Translations under genes and position numbers: made by a program
Notes under the pieces: model-generated
What the model saw: only the letters and a program-made list of their open reading frames with translations
What the model was told of the DNA's origin: nothing
Databases searched by the model: none
Part shown: positions 63,812 through 64,000 of the stretch, piece by piece
Layout: every line of letters starts with the position of its first letter
Position numbering within the stretch: position 1 is the stretch's first letter
Source of the DNA: Clostridia bacterium
Lineage (GTDB): Bacteria > Bacillota > Clostridia > UBA1381
Reading direction: 5' to 3'
Assembly (NCBI GenBank): GCA_045645365.1
Contig: JAZRIR010000008.1
Span: forward strand, 8,912-72,911
DNA length: 64,000 nucleotides

Positions 63812-64000
63812 AAGGATCGGTTTATGCCGGTCTTTTTTTTATGCCATAAATCTAGTGAATGTCACATTTTCTCGGACGATTTTTCAAAGAAATTTCAAAA
63901 AAAGGGGTTGAAAAATGGCCCTTTTTTCTGTTGGTATATGAGGGGTGTTTTTTTGAACTGTTGGAGAAATAGCAATTTGTGTCGAACGATTTTTTAAAGT

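Larger units (their letters stand above)
50508..64000. mobile_element. Element C (partial; continues beyond the window): RepA_N/ParB/TnpV-type integrative or mobilisable element carrying a defence operon
   Basis: Backbone genes typical of clostridial LSR-borne elements (RepA_N, ParB, TnpV) begin right after the truncated catalase 5' fragment. The left boundary is only approximate (about 50450-50520). The right end and its recombinase are not in the window. Confidence 0.55.

Noticed and set aside
63722-63997. 91-aa plus-strand ORF at the window end
   Set aside because: It runs straight through two intrinsic terminator hairpins (63779-63811 and about 63813-63848). It has no SD, and it starts on a non-ATG codon.
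29691-64000. Interpreting the accessory region as one or more prophages
   Set aside because: I could recognise no terminase, portal, capsid, tail or lysis genes. The content is recombinases, Rep/Par functions and defence- or TA-type cargo, which fits integrative or mobilisable elements instead.

Overview
This is a low-GC, Clostridia-type (spore-forming Firmicutes) chromosome segment. I saw no rRNA, tRNA or CRISPR array.

Bases 1-29,600 are ordinary core genome, all on the + strand:
- the 3' part of pyruvate:ferredoxin oxidoreductase, then spoIVA, a lipoprotein and a MATE pump
- a nine-gene V-type ATPase operon whose proteolipid looks Na+-binding
- a glgA-glgP-GH13 glycogen cluster and an SLH wall protein
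- an AI-2E transporter, two flavoproteins, ApbE, and spoIIAA-spoIIAB-sigF

Bases 29,600-64,000 are accessory DNA. A cotJC-type manganese-catalase (spore-coat) gene on the minus strand is cut into three collinear pieces (50346-50507, 43323-43656, 29627-29701). At least two, and probably three, independent large-serine-recombinase (LSR) elements interrupt it. The junctions of the first two can be read directly from the sequence.

- Element A (about 13.6 kb) carries a PARIS-like ABC-ATPase/Toprim pair, a zinc-ribbon amidoligase plus Ntn-glutamine-amidotransferase pair, an SF2 helicase module with an internally duplicated partner protein, an MNT/HEPN toxin-antitoxin pair and its LSR.
- Element B (about 6.7 kb) carries a zinc-ribbon/DUF2752 membrane operon, a mini-gene or leader with a consensus promoter, an inactive resolvase paralog, an active resolvase and its LSR.
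- Element C (partial; it runs off the window) carries RepA_N/ParB/TnpV backbone genes. It also has one long operon of DUF3990, HTH, type I HsdR, a fused HsdM-HsdS and a HEPN gene, followed by a TPR-HEPN gene.

The best candidates for an undescribed system are the divergent four-gene block at 29.8-34.8 kb, the helicase module at 38.3-41.0 kb, and the DUF3990/RM/HEPN operon at 54-63.7 kb. All protein family calls come from motif recognition by eye, not from database searches.
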